Assembly (NCBI GenBank): GCA_002719815.1
Contig: PBET01000024.1
Span: 3,393-67,392 of the forward strand
Length of the DNA stretch: 64,000 bases
Direction: 5' to 3'
Origin: Methanobacteriota archaeon
Lineage (GTDB): Archaea; Thermoplasmatota; Poseidoniia; Poseidoniales; Poseidoniaceae
Shown here in pieces: positions 29,289 through 39,086 of this stretch. Each line of letters starts with the position of its first letter. Within the stretch, counting starts at the first letter, position 1. Position numbers and translations under genes: made by a program. The notes under the pieces were generated by a model. It was given only the letters and a program-made list of their open reading frames with translations, did not search any database and was not told the origin of the DNA.

Positions 29289-30898
29289 TCGACGATTGAG
29301 GTTTCACCAAGTTGTGCTTCAGCCATACCGACAGGGCTTCGTTTTCCATCGATTGTGAATTCCCACCCATCCCCAGCTGACTCGTTGAATGCAACCATGT
29401 ATGCGCCCAGATATTGTTGCTCGACTTGCGTTTGAATGCCCAACTCTTGACAGGCAAGCATGGTCAATTCATACACGGTATCTTGTGGCTCTAAACCTCC
29501 TATGGCTCGCTCTTCACCATCGATTTCAAACACAATAACTTGGGTCTGTTTCCATTCATTCGGCCAGGAAGCGTCCCATTCTATTTCATTCGCAGGCGTG
29601 GTCTTTTCTGCCAATTTAACCGATAATTCTGGTACAACAGCAATAGCCAACACAAGGAAAAATGCGGACCCGATTTTCATCATTTGAGCCCAGTCAAGCA
29701 TAGAAAAAGAACGGCACAGAAGAAGAAACAAGCCGAGGATTGCAAAATAATGGATGGTTTGAATGAGACTGCTATTCTCTGAACGTACTTCTTCAGACGG
29801 TGATTCTTGATGCGTAACTTGGAGAATGCCGGCATCATTTCCAAGTGCAAGGATCCCTTCAGAAAAGCCCGGAGCTGCTGTTCCATAGGTATCAAAAGAC
29901 GTATGTTCCATGCGAATCAATGACGTTTGATTGAAGACGCCCCATCCTCCATCGGGTGTATTTGACGGAGCCCATATCTCCACGGATGAATTGGAGATCC
30001 TCAGACCCAATTCGCCATATGAGCGAAAGGGCACCGTTGATTCAATGGAACATGTTTGCGTGTCGCAAAGTATTGAAATCCATTCATCGATTGTTGATGC
30101 ATAAATTCGGTCTCCATGCATCAAAGGCATTGCTGGTGAACCTCCAGCACTTCCGATAAGTGATCCATTGAGATACATGGATGAACCTGTATTGGTTTGC
30201 ATATGCACAAACAAACCGTGACGTGTTTCAATGGGCGCATGACGAATCTTTCCTTCTCCCAAATACGTTGTCGAAACGGTTCCATTCCGAGCAATGGTAT
30301 GGAGGTGTCCTGATTCGTCTCCAATCACATAGCCATCCTCGGTTATCGAAACACCATTTCGCCACCCTACATTGCCAGTATCGGCATCAAGCAGTTGATC
30401 CCCATTTGCAAGACAGAAACTTGCTATACCTGTACGCGTCGGAACGATGATGCGATCATCTTCCAGAGCCATTTGCCCAGTGATGCCAAAAAGTTCGACC
30501 TCTGTCTGATTTTCCCATAGGATTGAACCATCGTGTGGCGAATGTGCCGTCACTTTACCATCAACCCAACCAACGATGAGAAGATCTTGCCAATCGCCAC
30601 AGTCTCCAGTTCCTGACTCAACAAAGAATAGCGGCGCCATATCGTGTTGAAGCGATGTCTGTGAAACATAGGTCCAGCGTTCTTCTCCAGTATGAACATC
30701 AAAGGCTGCTACAACGGGCCGGTCATCACTACCTGTCCAGAATCCCGAAGTTCTCACATACACTGTATCATCGATTATGAGCGGTTTGGTTGTAATGTAA
30801 CCCGCATCAAACTCATGTGTCCAAGTGGTTTCTGTCGATGCTTGAGCAAGCGGCACACAGAGAATGAGAATGAGAAGAATCGATGGCACTCGCATCAT
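29273..30898 (-). CDS. Secreted PQQ-like beta-propeller protein with two TM segments and a C-terminal DUF4430-like (transcobalamin beta-domain-like) module
   Basis: A signal peptide (ILLILILCVPLAQA) is followed by PQQ-type repeats (AAFDVHTGEERWTY and others). The C-terminus reads GAYMVAFNESAGDGWEFTIDGKRSPVGMAEAQLGETSIVEWR. Confidence 0.5.
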   Translation of the reverse strand: MMRVPSILLILILCVPLAQASTETTWTHEFDAGYITTKPLIIDDTVYVRTSGFWTGSDDRPVVAAFDVHTGEERWTYVSQTSLQHDMAPLFFVESGTGDCGDWQDLLIVGWVDGKVTAHSPHDGSILWENQTEVELFGITGQMALEDDRIIVPTRTGIASFCLANGDQLLDADTGNVGWRNGVSITEDGYVIGDESGHLHTIARNGTVSTTYLGEGKIRHAPIETRHGLFVHMQTNTGSSMYLNGSLIGSAGGSPAMPLMHGDRIYASTIDEWISILCDTQTCSIESTVPFRSYGELGLRISNSSVEIWAPSNTPDGGWGVFNQTSLIRMEHTSFDTYGTAAPGFSEGILALGNDAGILQVTHQESPSEEVRSENSSLIQTIHYFAILGLFLLLCRSFSMLDWAQMMKIGSAFFLVLAIAVVPELSVKLAEKTTPANEIEWDASWPNEWKQTQVIVFEIDGEERAIGGLEPQDTVYELTMLACQELGIQTQVEQQYLGAYMVAFNESAGDGWEFTIDGKRSPVGMAEAQLGETSIVEWRPV

Positions 30899-32964
30899 GA
30901 ATGCCTCTGGATGATTGCCCGTAAGACTGCACTGACTTGCTTTCCATCAACACCCGGACATGCTCCCATCACCACGCCCATCAGAGGACCCATTGCACCC
31001 ATACCGCGTTCTTTCACGAAATCGATACGTTCGAGAACAATGCCCTCGACGATTGATTCAAGATCGCCAATCTCGGCTGGAACGAGATCATTCTCCTGAG
31101 CGAATGCCTCGACCTCCCCCCTCGTAATGTGCTTGCTTTGAGCAAAATGTTCCACAACTTGTTCAATACCTTCCCGGGTGAGACCATCGTTTTCTCGTAC
31201 GGAGAGAATACAAGATAGGACCGTAGGAACGACTGTTTCGTGTTCAAGAAGAAGTGTAGCCCATGCCTTACTTTTTGTTTGGTGATGATCAAAGAAATCA
31301 TCATCCAATTCTCTTGAAAGAAGTTGTTTGCATTGGTCTTCAGATAACTCAGTTTGCTTGAGTCGTTCCATTCTCTCATCTTGACGCATCGGAAGATTAT
31401 CGATGACGTGTTGCCAGTGGGATTTGGTGATTTGGATTGTCGGTATATCCGTTTCAGGGTACATTCGTGCGCCCCCTGGTAACGGTCGCATCGGTGTTGT
31501 GGTACCATCTTCAGGCGCTCCCTTCTTGACAACGACATTACGAACCTCTTGAGGAAGTCGGTGGTAGGCCAATCTGGCACGTAATCCGACCGATTCAAGC
31601 GCCAATTGTGCTTGCCATTCTGGAGCGAGACAGAGAACAAATGCATCACTGGATGATAAGTTCAATTCATCCCGTACGGATTGAACATGCTCATCTTCGA
31701 TACCATAAGCAGGAAGTTCGTCAGAATGGAAAACACCGCGTACACCTGCAAGTTTTGCAGCGCCTGCCAATTCTCTCCCCAATCGAGGTAGTTGTGAACC
31801 TTCTGAATCCAATACCTTTGAACCAATCTTTCCTGCAAATCCAGGAAGTGGTAAGGCGAGCATGATGTATCCTGATTCGAGACCTTGCTTCACCATACGG
31901 CTGTCGCAAGATGAAAACGAGGTTGTAACATCACTGCATTCCAATGGAATGTGTGATTCGACCACTTCCATAACATTCGATTCAACGTCCGCATCATCAA
32001 GACGTCTGTCCTGTGGAAGTGGTGGCAGGGATTGTTCGGAACGCAATTCATTCGCCAGTCGATACATGTGCACTTGACGAACCATCTCCAAGCGAACGAT
32101 GCGTGGTATCCAAGCAAGATCTTGACATCCCTTGATCTCGACTCGATCGCCACATGCGACACTCACGTTCAGATCCTGACGAATCGAGCCTAGACCTCGA
32201 CGAACACGCCGTGTATCTCTCAATGTTCGACCCAAGGCTTGAGCCGTTTCTTTTGCATGTTCTGGAGACTGGATGTCCGGAGATGTTGCAATTTCAATGA
32301 GTGGAACGCCGAGACGGTCAAGATTGTAGATGACTTGTTCTCCATGATCTGTGGAAAGACTGTCCAATTTGCGAGCACTGTCTTCTTCCAAACAAAGTAC
32401 ATCGATACCAACATCTCCCGTTTGGGTTTTGAGAACACCATCCGAAGAAATGAGTGTTGTTCGCTGAAATCCGCTTGTATTTGATCCATCAACGACCGTT
32501 TTACGCATCGTTTGTAAAGCGCCGAGAGGTTTTGCTTGAAGCATAGCAGAAACCGTCAATGCAACATCAAGAGCATCTTCATCATGGGATAATGGTGGGC
32601 TTTCATCCAATTCAATCAAGCCAGAATTTGGTGATTGGATATAGACGAATGAACGGTTACGTCGCTTCTCAAATCGTGCAGCAACGTCGACTTTTCCACC
32701 TTCTCCGCTCGCAAGACGGAGTTTGCGTGCGTATCGAGGCCAATCGTTTGGCACGGTATCGATGGTCACATCGTAAAGCATGGATGGTTGACGCGAATGG
32801 AGTTTACCTGTTGCAAGTTGCTGGTGGACTTCGATACCACACATGAATCCCAATTGTGCTGTATCAAAGGTCGATGCATCCGTCACATCACCTACCGGTT
32901 CTCCTTGGACGACATCTGCCATGAACATTCCAAGCATCTCCACTTCATGAGATGATTGCTTCAC
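30895..32964 (-). CDS. gatE: Glutamyl-tRNA(Gln) amidotransferase subunit E
   Basis: The archaeal GatE N-terminus motif GIEVHQQL is present, and the length and GatB-like C-terminal helical domain fit. The start is uncertain (possibly ATG 32922). Confidence 0.8.
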   Translation of the reverse strand: MKQSSHEVEMLGMFMADVVQGEPVGDVTDASTFDTAQLGFMCGIEVHQQLATGKLHSRQPSMLYDVTIDTVPNDWPRYARKLRLASGEGGKVDVAARFEKRRNRSFVYIQSPNSGLIELDESPPLSHDEDALDVALTVSAMLQAKPLGALQTMRKTVVDGSNTSGFQRTTLISSDGVLKTQTGDVGIDVLCLEEDSARKLDSLSTDHGEQVIYNLDRLGVPLIEIATSPDIQSPEHAKETAQALGRTLRDTRRVRRGLGSIRQDLNVSVACGDRVEIKGCQDLAWIPRIVRLEMVRQVHMYRLANELRSEQSLPPLPQDRRLDDADVESNVMEVVESHIPLECSDVTTSFSSCDSRMVKQGLESGYIMLALPLPGFAGKIGSKVLDSEGSQLPRLGRELAGAAKLAGVRGVFHSDELPAYGIEDEHVQSVRDELNLSSSDAFVLCLAPEWQAQLALESVGLRARLAYHRLPQEVRNVVVKKGAPEDGTTTPMRPLPGGARMYPETDIPTIQITKSHWQHVIDNLPMRQDERMERLKQTELSEDQCKQLLSRELDDDFFDHHQTKSKAWATLLLEHETVVPTVLSCILSVRENDGLTREGIEQVVEHFAQSKHITRGEVEAFAQENDLVPAEIGDLESIVEGIVLERIDFVKERGMGAMGPLMGVVMGACPGVDGKQVSAVLRAIIQRHS

Positions 32965-32966
32965 AT

Positions 32967-35081
32967 CTAGACAATTTGCAAGGTATCGTAACCCGTTGGG
33001 CGCATAAGACGACCGTTTTGGTTGAGTTTATCGATGACTTCCTCGGCTTTTTCTCTTGGAATATCGAGGCGTTCTGCTTCATTGAGGACGTCAATCAGTT
33101 GGGCGTAGCCATCACCATTGGCGGACAGACGTTCAACAATGTCGAGAATGGTTCGTTCAGCATGGCGAGCCTTTCCTTTTTGATTGGAAGCGATCGCTGT
33201 TTCATCGAAATTCTCACCCATCAGATCGTATCTCCATGTCTTTGTCAGACGTACAGCTCGCTCAGCATCTTCGATGGTTGCCGTTTCCGACAGTCGAATG
33301 CGGGCACTCGCTTCGGCCAATCGTGCGAGAGCTTCCAATGCACGCGCAGTGATGGCGACTGAGTCCTGATATTCACCGGACTGTTTACGTGTTGAAACAT
33401 AGTAATCGATGATGTGCTTTTTGGCTTCCTCATCCAAATTTGGATGGACTGTTCGCTTCGCGTATGCAACGTACTTGCGGATAAATTCTCGATGAAGGTG
33501 CCCATCCGTATGACTTGGTTTGGTCATGACTGAGCTCAGTTTACGTGGGTCGGGTCTTGATCCCTCATTAACCAATAATTCACTTGTACCGGAGAGTCTG
33601 TTGTCAACAATGTGCCCTGCAATCTTCGCGTCCTTGTCTTCTGAAGGCTCATCTGTCAGCAACCAAATGACATCAAAACGAGAGATAAGTGGTGGAGCGA
33701 GGTTGATTTGCCCGGTAAAGGGAACTTCTGAAACAGGTTGGAAACGGCCTGCCTTTGGGTTCGCAGCGGCCAATACGGCGCAACGTGTGCGAAGGCTTGC
33801 ATTGATTCCAGCTTTTGAAATTGAAATTGTTTGTTGTTCCATCGCTTCGTGCATACTGGATCGATCGGCTTGATTCATTTTGTCGAATTCGTCGATTGCA
33901 GCCAATCCCTGATCGGCGAGAACGAGGGCGCCCGCTTCCAATGTCCAGCGTCCGTCAGCGCTCGCATCTTGAACTGCAGCTGCAGTCAAACCAGCGGCTG
34001 ATGCGGACATACCGGAGGTAAATCGACCGCGAGGAGAAATGTTGCCCATGTAGGCAAGAAGTTGCGACTTTGCAACACCAGGATCACCCATCAAAAGGAT
34101 GTGAATATCTCCACGGTTTCGTGTTCCATCTGGATTGAGTCGCGCAACACCCCCAAACAATTGCAACATGAGCGTTTCTTTGATCTTGTCCATTCCAAAA
34201 ATGGAAGGAGCAATCGACTCAGCGATTCGCTTGTAAACATCTTGATCGGCTGCAAATGTTTTGATTTCTGCTTCTTCCTCATCGGAGACAACTATTTCCT
34301 CCAATGCAAGGTTTTGACGTTCAAGCGATTGAACGCGCATGAAGATATCAAACACAGGGGTGTCCTTTCCAAACTTGCGTTGCGAACGAATGAACAAAAC
34401 GCCGTTGGCTTTGACTCGATCGCCTGGATTGACCTTTCCAGTGAGGTCATGTTCTGCTACACATGAAATGCGTTCAGGCTGGACGCCTCCGCGAACCTGT
34501 TCAGGTAGTTCCTGCAGTTCAATAAACTGTGAATTCGTTAGTGTTGAACGTTCTTGCAATAATTGGAAGCGTGTTTGGCGATTGGTCAAGCCACATCCAC
34601 CATCGATTTGTGAACACTCCATTGGCGTGATGAGTTCCTGTTCGTTGGGTTGCTGAATGATGGTCAAATGTTCGCACGCGACACATTTGAACGTTGCAGA
34701 ATACATTCGAGGACGAACACCAGAGATTTTTGTTACCACGGCATCAATGGAAATCATCAAACCGATATCATCCGAGCGAAGTTGGGAAACGGTGCGAACC
34801 TGGTCGCTTGGAAGGTGAACAATACGCACCCATGGATTGATTGTACCATGGCCCACATCAGCGAGTAACTCTCGAAGGGCTCTGTTTGATGCATCATCAT
34901 GCAAATCTGGTTGTTCAAGAATACTTTGAGCAAAAGTTGGATCAAATCCTTCGATGGTCCGATATGAAACCTCAAGACTCTGGACATCCGGCCAAAGTTG
35001 AGCGATGTTGTGGACATCCTCGGTAAAATGTGCATGCAGAAGTGTCGACCATCGCGCTGTCAAATCAAAGTCTTGAATCAT
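32967..35081 (-). CDS. mcm: MCM replicative helicase
   Basis: A zinc motif (CVACEH...C...GGC), Walker A (LLMGDPGVAKSQLL), Walker B (IDEFDKM) and the arginine finger (SRFDVIWLL) are present, followed by a C-terminal wHTH. ATG 35081 (MIQDFDLTARW) is preferred over the track start at 35246. Confidence 0.9.
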   Translation of the reverse strand: MIQDFDLTARWSTLLHAHFTEDVHNIAQLWPDVQSLEVSYRTIEGFDPTFAQSILEQPDLHDDASNRALRELLADVGHGTINPWVRIVHLPSDQVRTVSQLRSDDIGLMISIDAVVTKISGVRPRMYSATFKCVACEHLTIIQQPNEQELITPMECSQIDGGCGLTNRQTRFQLLQERSTLTNSQFIELQELPEQVRGGVQPERISCVAEHDLTGKVNPGDRVKANGVLFIRSQRKFGKDTPVFDIFMRVQSLERQNLALEEIVVSDEEEAEIKTFAADQDVYKRIAESIAPSIFGMDKIKETLMLQLFGGVARLNPDGTRNRGDIHILLMGDPGVAKSQLLAYMGNISPRGRFTSGMSASAAGLTAAAVQDASADGRWTLEAGALVLADQGLAAIDEFDKMNQADRSSMHEAMEQQTISISKAGINASLRTRCAVLAAANPKAGRFQPVSEVPFTGQINLAPPLISRFDVIWLLTDEPSEDKDAKIAGHIVDNRLSGTSELLVNEGSRPDPRKLSSVMTKPSHTDGHLHREFIRKYVAYAKRTVHPNLDEEAKKHIIDYYVSTRKQSGEYQDSVAITARALEALARLAEASARIRLSETATIEDAERAVRLTKTWRYDLMGENFDETAIASNQKGKARHAERTILDIVERLSANGDGYAQLIDVLNEAERLDIPREKAEEVIDKLNQNGRLMRPTGYDTLQIV

Positions 35082-35158
35082 GTTCGCACCACACTGAGGA
35101 ATTAGATATGGACGGCTACCGTTCTTAATGGTTCCATTGCAATTTATGCGCCCCTTCA

Positions 35159-35173
35159 TTTCCACTGGAAAAC
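35159..35173 (-). promoter_or_regulatory. ORB-like dyad (candidate Orc1/Cdc6 recognition box) with adjacent G-string
   Basis: The minus strand reads GTTTTCCAGTGGAAATGAAGGGGCG. TTTCCA-N-TGGAAA is a perfect 13-bp palindrome at 35159-35171. GGGG follows 5 nt after the dyad on the minus strand. Confidence 0.4.
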
Positions 35174-35270
35174 GCCATACATTCATACATGCTTTCTCAT
35201 CGAAAACATACAGAAAGTGGAACGGCGCCAAACTCAATAGATTCATATCAAATCAACACGACGGTTTGCC

Positions 35271-35783
35271 ATGATTATCTTCGCGCATGGACTGGAAGGG
35301 TCTCCGAACGGAAGTAAGATTCGTGCCTTACGCAATGCAGGTTTTGATGTTGTAGCGCCTGATTTTCAAGGGATGAATCTCGCTGAACGTGTGGACTTGC
35401 TGGAAGAAATTTGTTTGAAATATGCTTCGAAACGGCCTGTACTTGCTGGATCAAGCTATGGAGGATTGACTGCTGCAATCATCGCAATGAAGATGCCAGG
35501 TGCATTTCGCGGACTTCTCTTGTGCGCTCCTGCACTTCATTTGATTGAGCCTCCTGTGGATGAGAACACTGTTCTTGTTGCTCCAAATGGATTGAAGACG
35601 GTCATCATTCATGGCCTTGAAGACGATATTGTCCCCATTTCGTGCAGTATTGACTACGCAGCTCGCTCGGGGAATGATGTCGTTGCATTTCATCAGGTCA
35701 ATGATGGCCATCGCCTTGCTGAATCGCATCAAGAGATTATCGACGCTGCCCAGTTGTTGAGTGGCGAGACGATTGATTCATGA
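35271..35783 (+). CDS. Small alpha/beta-fold hydrolase (esterase-like)
   Basis: Motifs IIFAHGLEGSP, the nucleophile elbow GSSYGG, HGLEDDIVP and a C-terminal DGHRL are present. Confidence 0.6.
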   Translation: MIIFAHGLEGSPNGSKIRALRNAGFDVVAPDFQGMNLAERVDLLEEICLKYASKRPVLAGSSYGGLTAAIIAMKMPGAFRGLLLCAPALHLIEPPVDENTVLVAPNGLKTVIIHGLEDDIVPISCSIDYAARSGNDVVAFHQVNDGHRLAESHQEIIDAAQLLSGETIDS

Positions 35784-35805
35784 ATTGGCTCGTTTTGGAA
35801 AACGT

Positions 35806-36903
35806 ATGAGCGACCCTATGGACTACGCTTCAAGCGGTGTCGACATCGATCTTGAAGGAGCGGCTGTCGCTTCGCTCATCGGTTCGTTGCAACGTTCGAC
35901 ACGAAAGCCGGGAACGCCTGGTGCACCTGTTGATTTGCCTGGTGGATTTGGAGGCCTCATCGAATTCGGTAATCATCTCTTGGCCTTAGCAACAGATGGC
36001 GTAGGAAGTAAGTTGCAAATCGCTACTGAAGTCAAAGACTGGAGCAGTGTAGGGATTGACTGCATGGCCATGAATGTGAACGATTTACTGTGTGTCGGTG
36101 CTGAACCCATCGCTTTTGTCGATTATATTGCAGTTCCAAAGCCCGACCCTGAGGTGCATGCTGCGGTCGGCGCATCGCTCGCAAAAGCATGCGAATTAGC
36201 AAATGTTACACTCGCTGGCGGAGAGACTGCATCGCTTCCTGGAATCGTTACAGAACTCGACCTTTCTGGAACTGCTCTCGGCTTCCTTGACAAGGATTCT
36301 GCGATCACAGGCGAGCGTCTGCAGGCTGGCGATGTTCTCATCGGCTTACCATCATCAGGCATCCATTCAAACGGATTCTCGCTCGTTCGAAGCATCATCG
36401 GACGGGTAGGTCTTGGCTATACAGATCAATGCCCCTTCGATGCACATTTTGATGGACGATCGCTTCCAGAACAACCTGTTCTTTCCGATATTTTGTTGAT
36501 TCCGACCAAAATCTACTGCGAACCCATCGTCAAGTTGCTTCAACACCTCAAATCAACGCAAGGCTCAGTTCATGCCCTCCATGGTATTGCCCATATCACC
36601 GGAGGAGGTCTCTCAAACCTCTTGCGATTGCACGGCCACCTCGGATGGCACATCGATACGCCAATGCCGATTCCTCCTGAATTTACATGGCTTCAGCAAG
36701 CAGGAAACGTGACAGATTTGGAAATGCATCGTACCTTCAATATGGGGCTTGGGATGGTCCTTGCTGTTGAAAGAGAACAGGCAGATGCAATCCTTGAATT
36801 CATCAAAACATATGAGTCGAATGCAGCCATCATTGGCGCAGTTCATGACAATGGACACAAGGTAACACATCAGAATCCTGATGTTTTCTTCGAGCATTAT
36901 TGA
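35806..36903 (+). CDS. purM: Phosphoribosylformylglycinamidine cyclo-ligase (AIR synthetase)
   Basis: Motifs YASSGVDID, TDGVGSKLQIA, AMNVNDLLCVGAEP and LAGGETA are present. I verified ATG at 35806. Confidence 0.9.
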   Translation: MSDPMDYASSGVDIDLEGAAVASLIGSLQRSTRKPGTPGAPVDLPGGFGGLIEFGNHLLALATDGVGSKLQIATEVKDWSSVGIDCMAMNVNDLLCVGAEPIAFVDYIAVPKPDPEVHAAVGASLAKACELANVTLAGGETASLPGIVTELDLSGTALGFLDKDSAITGERLQAGDVLIGLPSSGIHSNGFSLVRSIIGRVGLGYTDQCPFDAHFDGRSLPEQPVLSDILLIPTKIYCEPIVKLLQHLKSTQGSVHALHGIAHITGGGLSNLLRLHGHLGWHIDTPMPIPPEFTWLQQAGNVTDLEMHRTFNMGLGMVLAVEREQADAILEFIKTYESNAAIIGAVHDNGHKVTHQNPDVFFEHY

Positions 36904-36941
36904 AGCGGTGCGGTCAAGAAGAGGAGCCATCTCGTCCAAGC

Positions 36942-38291
36942 ATGGGCGAGTCATTTTCAGGACAGGATGTTCCTGATGATTGGCCTGGCCATGTATGGTG
37001 TGAAGGACGTACATTTGTTCACTTGAAAACAAGTCAAGAGCGTCCAACCCATATGCCTCGAGGGCCTGCTGCAAAATCCGGAACGGGTTTCATGAATCCT
37101 GCAATGGCACCAGCGCGTACACGTTCGGTTCTCTTGTTGCAAGATGCGCTCGAACATGGTTGGATCAATGGAGATCGCCCAGTTCGGGCTTTGGATGCAC
37201 TCTGTGCTACAGGAATTCGCGTTCGACGATGGAGAAACGAAATCAAATCGGATTTGCAAGACTACTTGCACATAACTGCCAATGATCTTGACCGCAAAGC
37301 ACTCGATTGGGCTTTGAATTCAACCAATTCTGATCATGAAATACCAATTCCTCAATCGATTGATGATGAACAAGTTCAACCACACTTCATCGAAAAGAAT
37401 GGAATCAAGTTTCAAAATCAAGATGCGCGTTTAGCGATGATTCAAGGGTCGTTTCAATGGATTGACATCGATCCTTTCGGTTCACCAGTGACGTTCATCG
37501 ATGCTGCATTGCAGGCGCTCGGGCGAGTAGGTGTTCTCGAAGTGACGGCAACCGATACTGCTGCATTAACTGGTTCTTCTGCGACTTCAGGTATGCGTCG
37601 GTACGGTCACAAAGGCATCGTTGATTTGTATGCTCATGATGATGCTATTCGGGTTCTTCTTGGAACCATAGCAACACGTGCTGCACAACTTGACCGCGCT
37701 ATCGAGCCTATCCTTGCATTGTTCGATGGCCATCATGTTCGAGTTTCCGTACTCGTTCGGAAGAGCAAGCAGGGAGCAGATAAGACTCGAGAACAAATGG
37801 GCTGGAGAGTTCGTTGTGAAGACATTCCATACAAATTCACGAAACAACCGACAATCGAAGAAATGCCTCAATCGAGTGGCCCAATGTGGATTGGACCGTT
37901 ATGGAATGGTGATATCTGTTCTCGACTTACCGAAGAAAACGCGGTCAAGACATGTCTTGCTCAACCTTCTGATTTAGAACGAGGAATCCCAATCGGACTC
38001 GAATGGAGCGAGTCTGACCAACTGTATGCAGAACGTGAGATTCGACGTTCAGTGCGTCATATTGCGCAAGCAGCACCTTTGCTATCATCGGAACACCTGT
38101 TGCTCGCATTCGATCAACTACCTCGATTCGCTGGCGTGGGTTCATTACCATCGATGGAGCGACTTATCGATACTCTCAATGAAGCTGGTCATTTGTCAGC
38201 AAGAGTTCCCGATCTTCGGCCGTTTATCGCAACGCATGCACCATTCGAAACGGTTCTTGAGACCATACGAACTATTCTTTCAGCCGAATGA
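36942..38291 (+). CDS. trm1: tRNA (guanine26-N2)-dimethyltransferase Trm1
   Basis: Motifs FMNPAMAPARTRSV, ALCATGIRVRR, IDIDPFGSPVTFIDAAL and LEVTATDTAALTG are present. ATG 36942 is preferred; the track start at 36900 is TTG. Confidence 0.85.
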   Translation: MGESFSGQDVPDDWPGHVWCEGRTFVHLKTSQERPTHMPRGPAAKSGTGFMNPAMAPARTRSVLLLQDALEHGWINGDRPVRALDALCATGIRVRRWRNEIKSDLQDYLHITANDLDRKALDWALNSTNSDHEIPIPQSIDDEQVQPHFIEKNGIKFQNQDARLAMIQGSFQWIDIDPFGSPVTFIDAALQALGRVGVLEVTATDTAALTGSSATSGMRRYGHKGIVDLYAHDDAIRVLLGTIATRAAQLDRAIEPILALFDGHHVRVSVLVRKSKQGADKTREQMGWRVRCEDIPYKFTKQPTIEEMPQSSGPMWIGPLWNGDICSRLTEENAVKTCLAQPSDLERGIPIGLEWSESDQLYAEREIRRSVRHIAQAAPLLSSEHLLLAFDQLPRFAGVGSLPSMERLIDTLNEAGHLSARVPDLRPFIATHAPFETVLETIRTILSAE

Positions 38292-39035
38292 GGGATCATT
38301 GATTGCATCGTCATCATCGGGCGAAGGCAGCAACGGTGTAGCGCTCTCAATGATTTCTTGAACAGATTGCTCAATACTTCGAGCATTTTCAAGCATCGCC
38401 GATAATGGAATTTCTTTCCCGGTCATTTCTGTAATGGCTTCGATAGCAACAGCTGCAGCACGAACATCAGGATACATTGGACTCGCTTCAGAAAGCAAAG
38501 CAGTGATATCGAGATTGAGCCGATCACCTTCACTCAAGAGGAATCCAGTAATTCCAGATACAATACCACGTTGAATCGTCTGTAAATCAAGCGATTTCAA
38601 TCGATCTCTCGCTACAGCATTCGCCCCAACTGCGAACAAGCCCTCACCTTGAATTTGTTTTTCGGGCTTGAGAATTCCATCGATGATGATCAATTGATCA
38701 AAGCCTCCTACTCTGAACCACTCAAGAACCGTTGAACCAAAGGCAATATCTTGTTCCTTCTCAAATTGAATTTCAGCAGTAAAAACACCAATTCCATCGC
38801 CTTGGTAAACACGAACTGGGTGTCGAGGCACTTCATTTTGAATCAAAGCGACAGCTGGAAAGTTCTCATCCATAACCGTCCCTAGTTGTGTAAGATTGAG
38901 TGATTCAATGATGTGAGAAGCGGCAATAACGCCGACCATTCCTGCCGTAGTAAAGCCACAGATTGCGACGCCACCTGTGGTCGGGTCAACACCTGAACGA
39001 AGAACAAGGTCATACGTTCCGAACTGTTGTTTCAT
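38280..39035 (-). CDS. PAC2-family proteasome assembly chaperone homologue (PbaA/PbaB-like)
   Basis: The segment ICGFTTAGMVGVIAASHIIESL is typical of the PAC2 family N-terminus. The acidic C-terminal tail ends DPSFG. Confidence 0.65.
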   Translation of the reverse strand: MKQQFGTYDLVLRSGVDPTTGGVAICGFTTAGMVGVIAASHIIESLNLTQLGTVMDENFPAVALIQNEVPRHPVRVYQGDGIGVFTAEIQFEKEQDIAFGSTVLEWFRVGGFDQLIIIDGILKPEKQIQGEGLFAVGANAVARDRLKSLDLQTIQRGIVSGITGFLLSEGDRLNLDITALLSEASPMYPDVRAAAVAIEAITEMTGKEIPLSAMLENARSIEQSVQEIIESATPLLPSPDDDDAINDPSFG

Positions 39036-39086
39036 ACTCAGGCCTCGTTTTGCCGGTCGCCTCGTGTTTGAAAAAATTCTCGGCGC

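Noticed and set aside
31014-31649. A 211-aa ORF on the minus strand in an alternative frame within gatE.
   Set aside because: It is fully embedded in the strongly supported GatE frame, and its translation is basic and low in complexity with no motifs. This is a typical overprinted spurious ORF.
35082-35246. A 55-aa N-terminal extension of the MCM ORF (track start 35246).
   Set aside because: The extension (MNLLSLAPFHFLYVFDEKACMNVWRFPVEMKGRINCNG...) is Cys/Trp/Phe-rich and unlike MCM N-termini. ATG 35081 gives a normal-length MCM, and the region carries promoter and ORB-like motifs instead.
36613-37074. A 153-aa antisense ORF spanning the purM/trm1 junction. Similar long antisense ORFs occur at 12274-12780, 48102-48578, 52223-52708 and 55472-56020.
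   Set aside because: All lie opposite to, or out of frame with, genes that have clear family motifs. None has a recognisable motif or its own start context.
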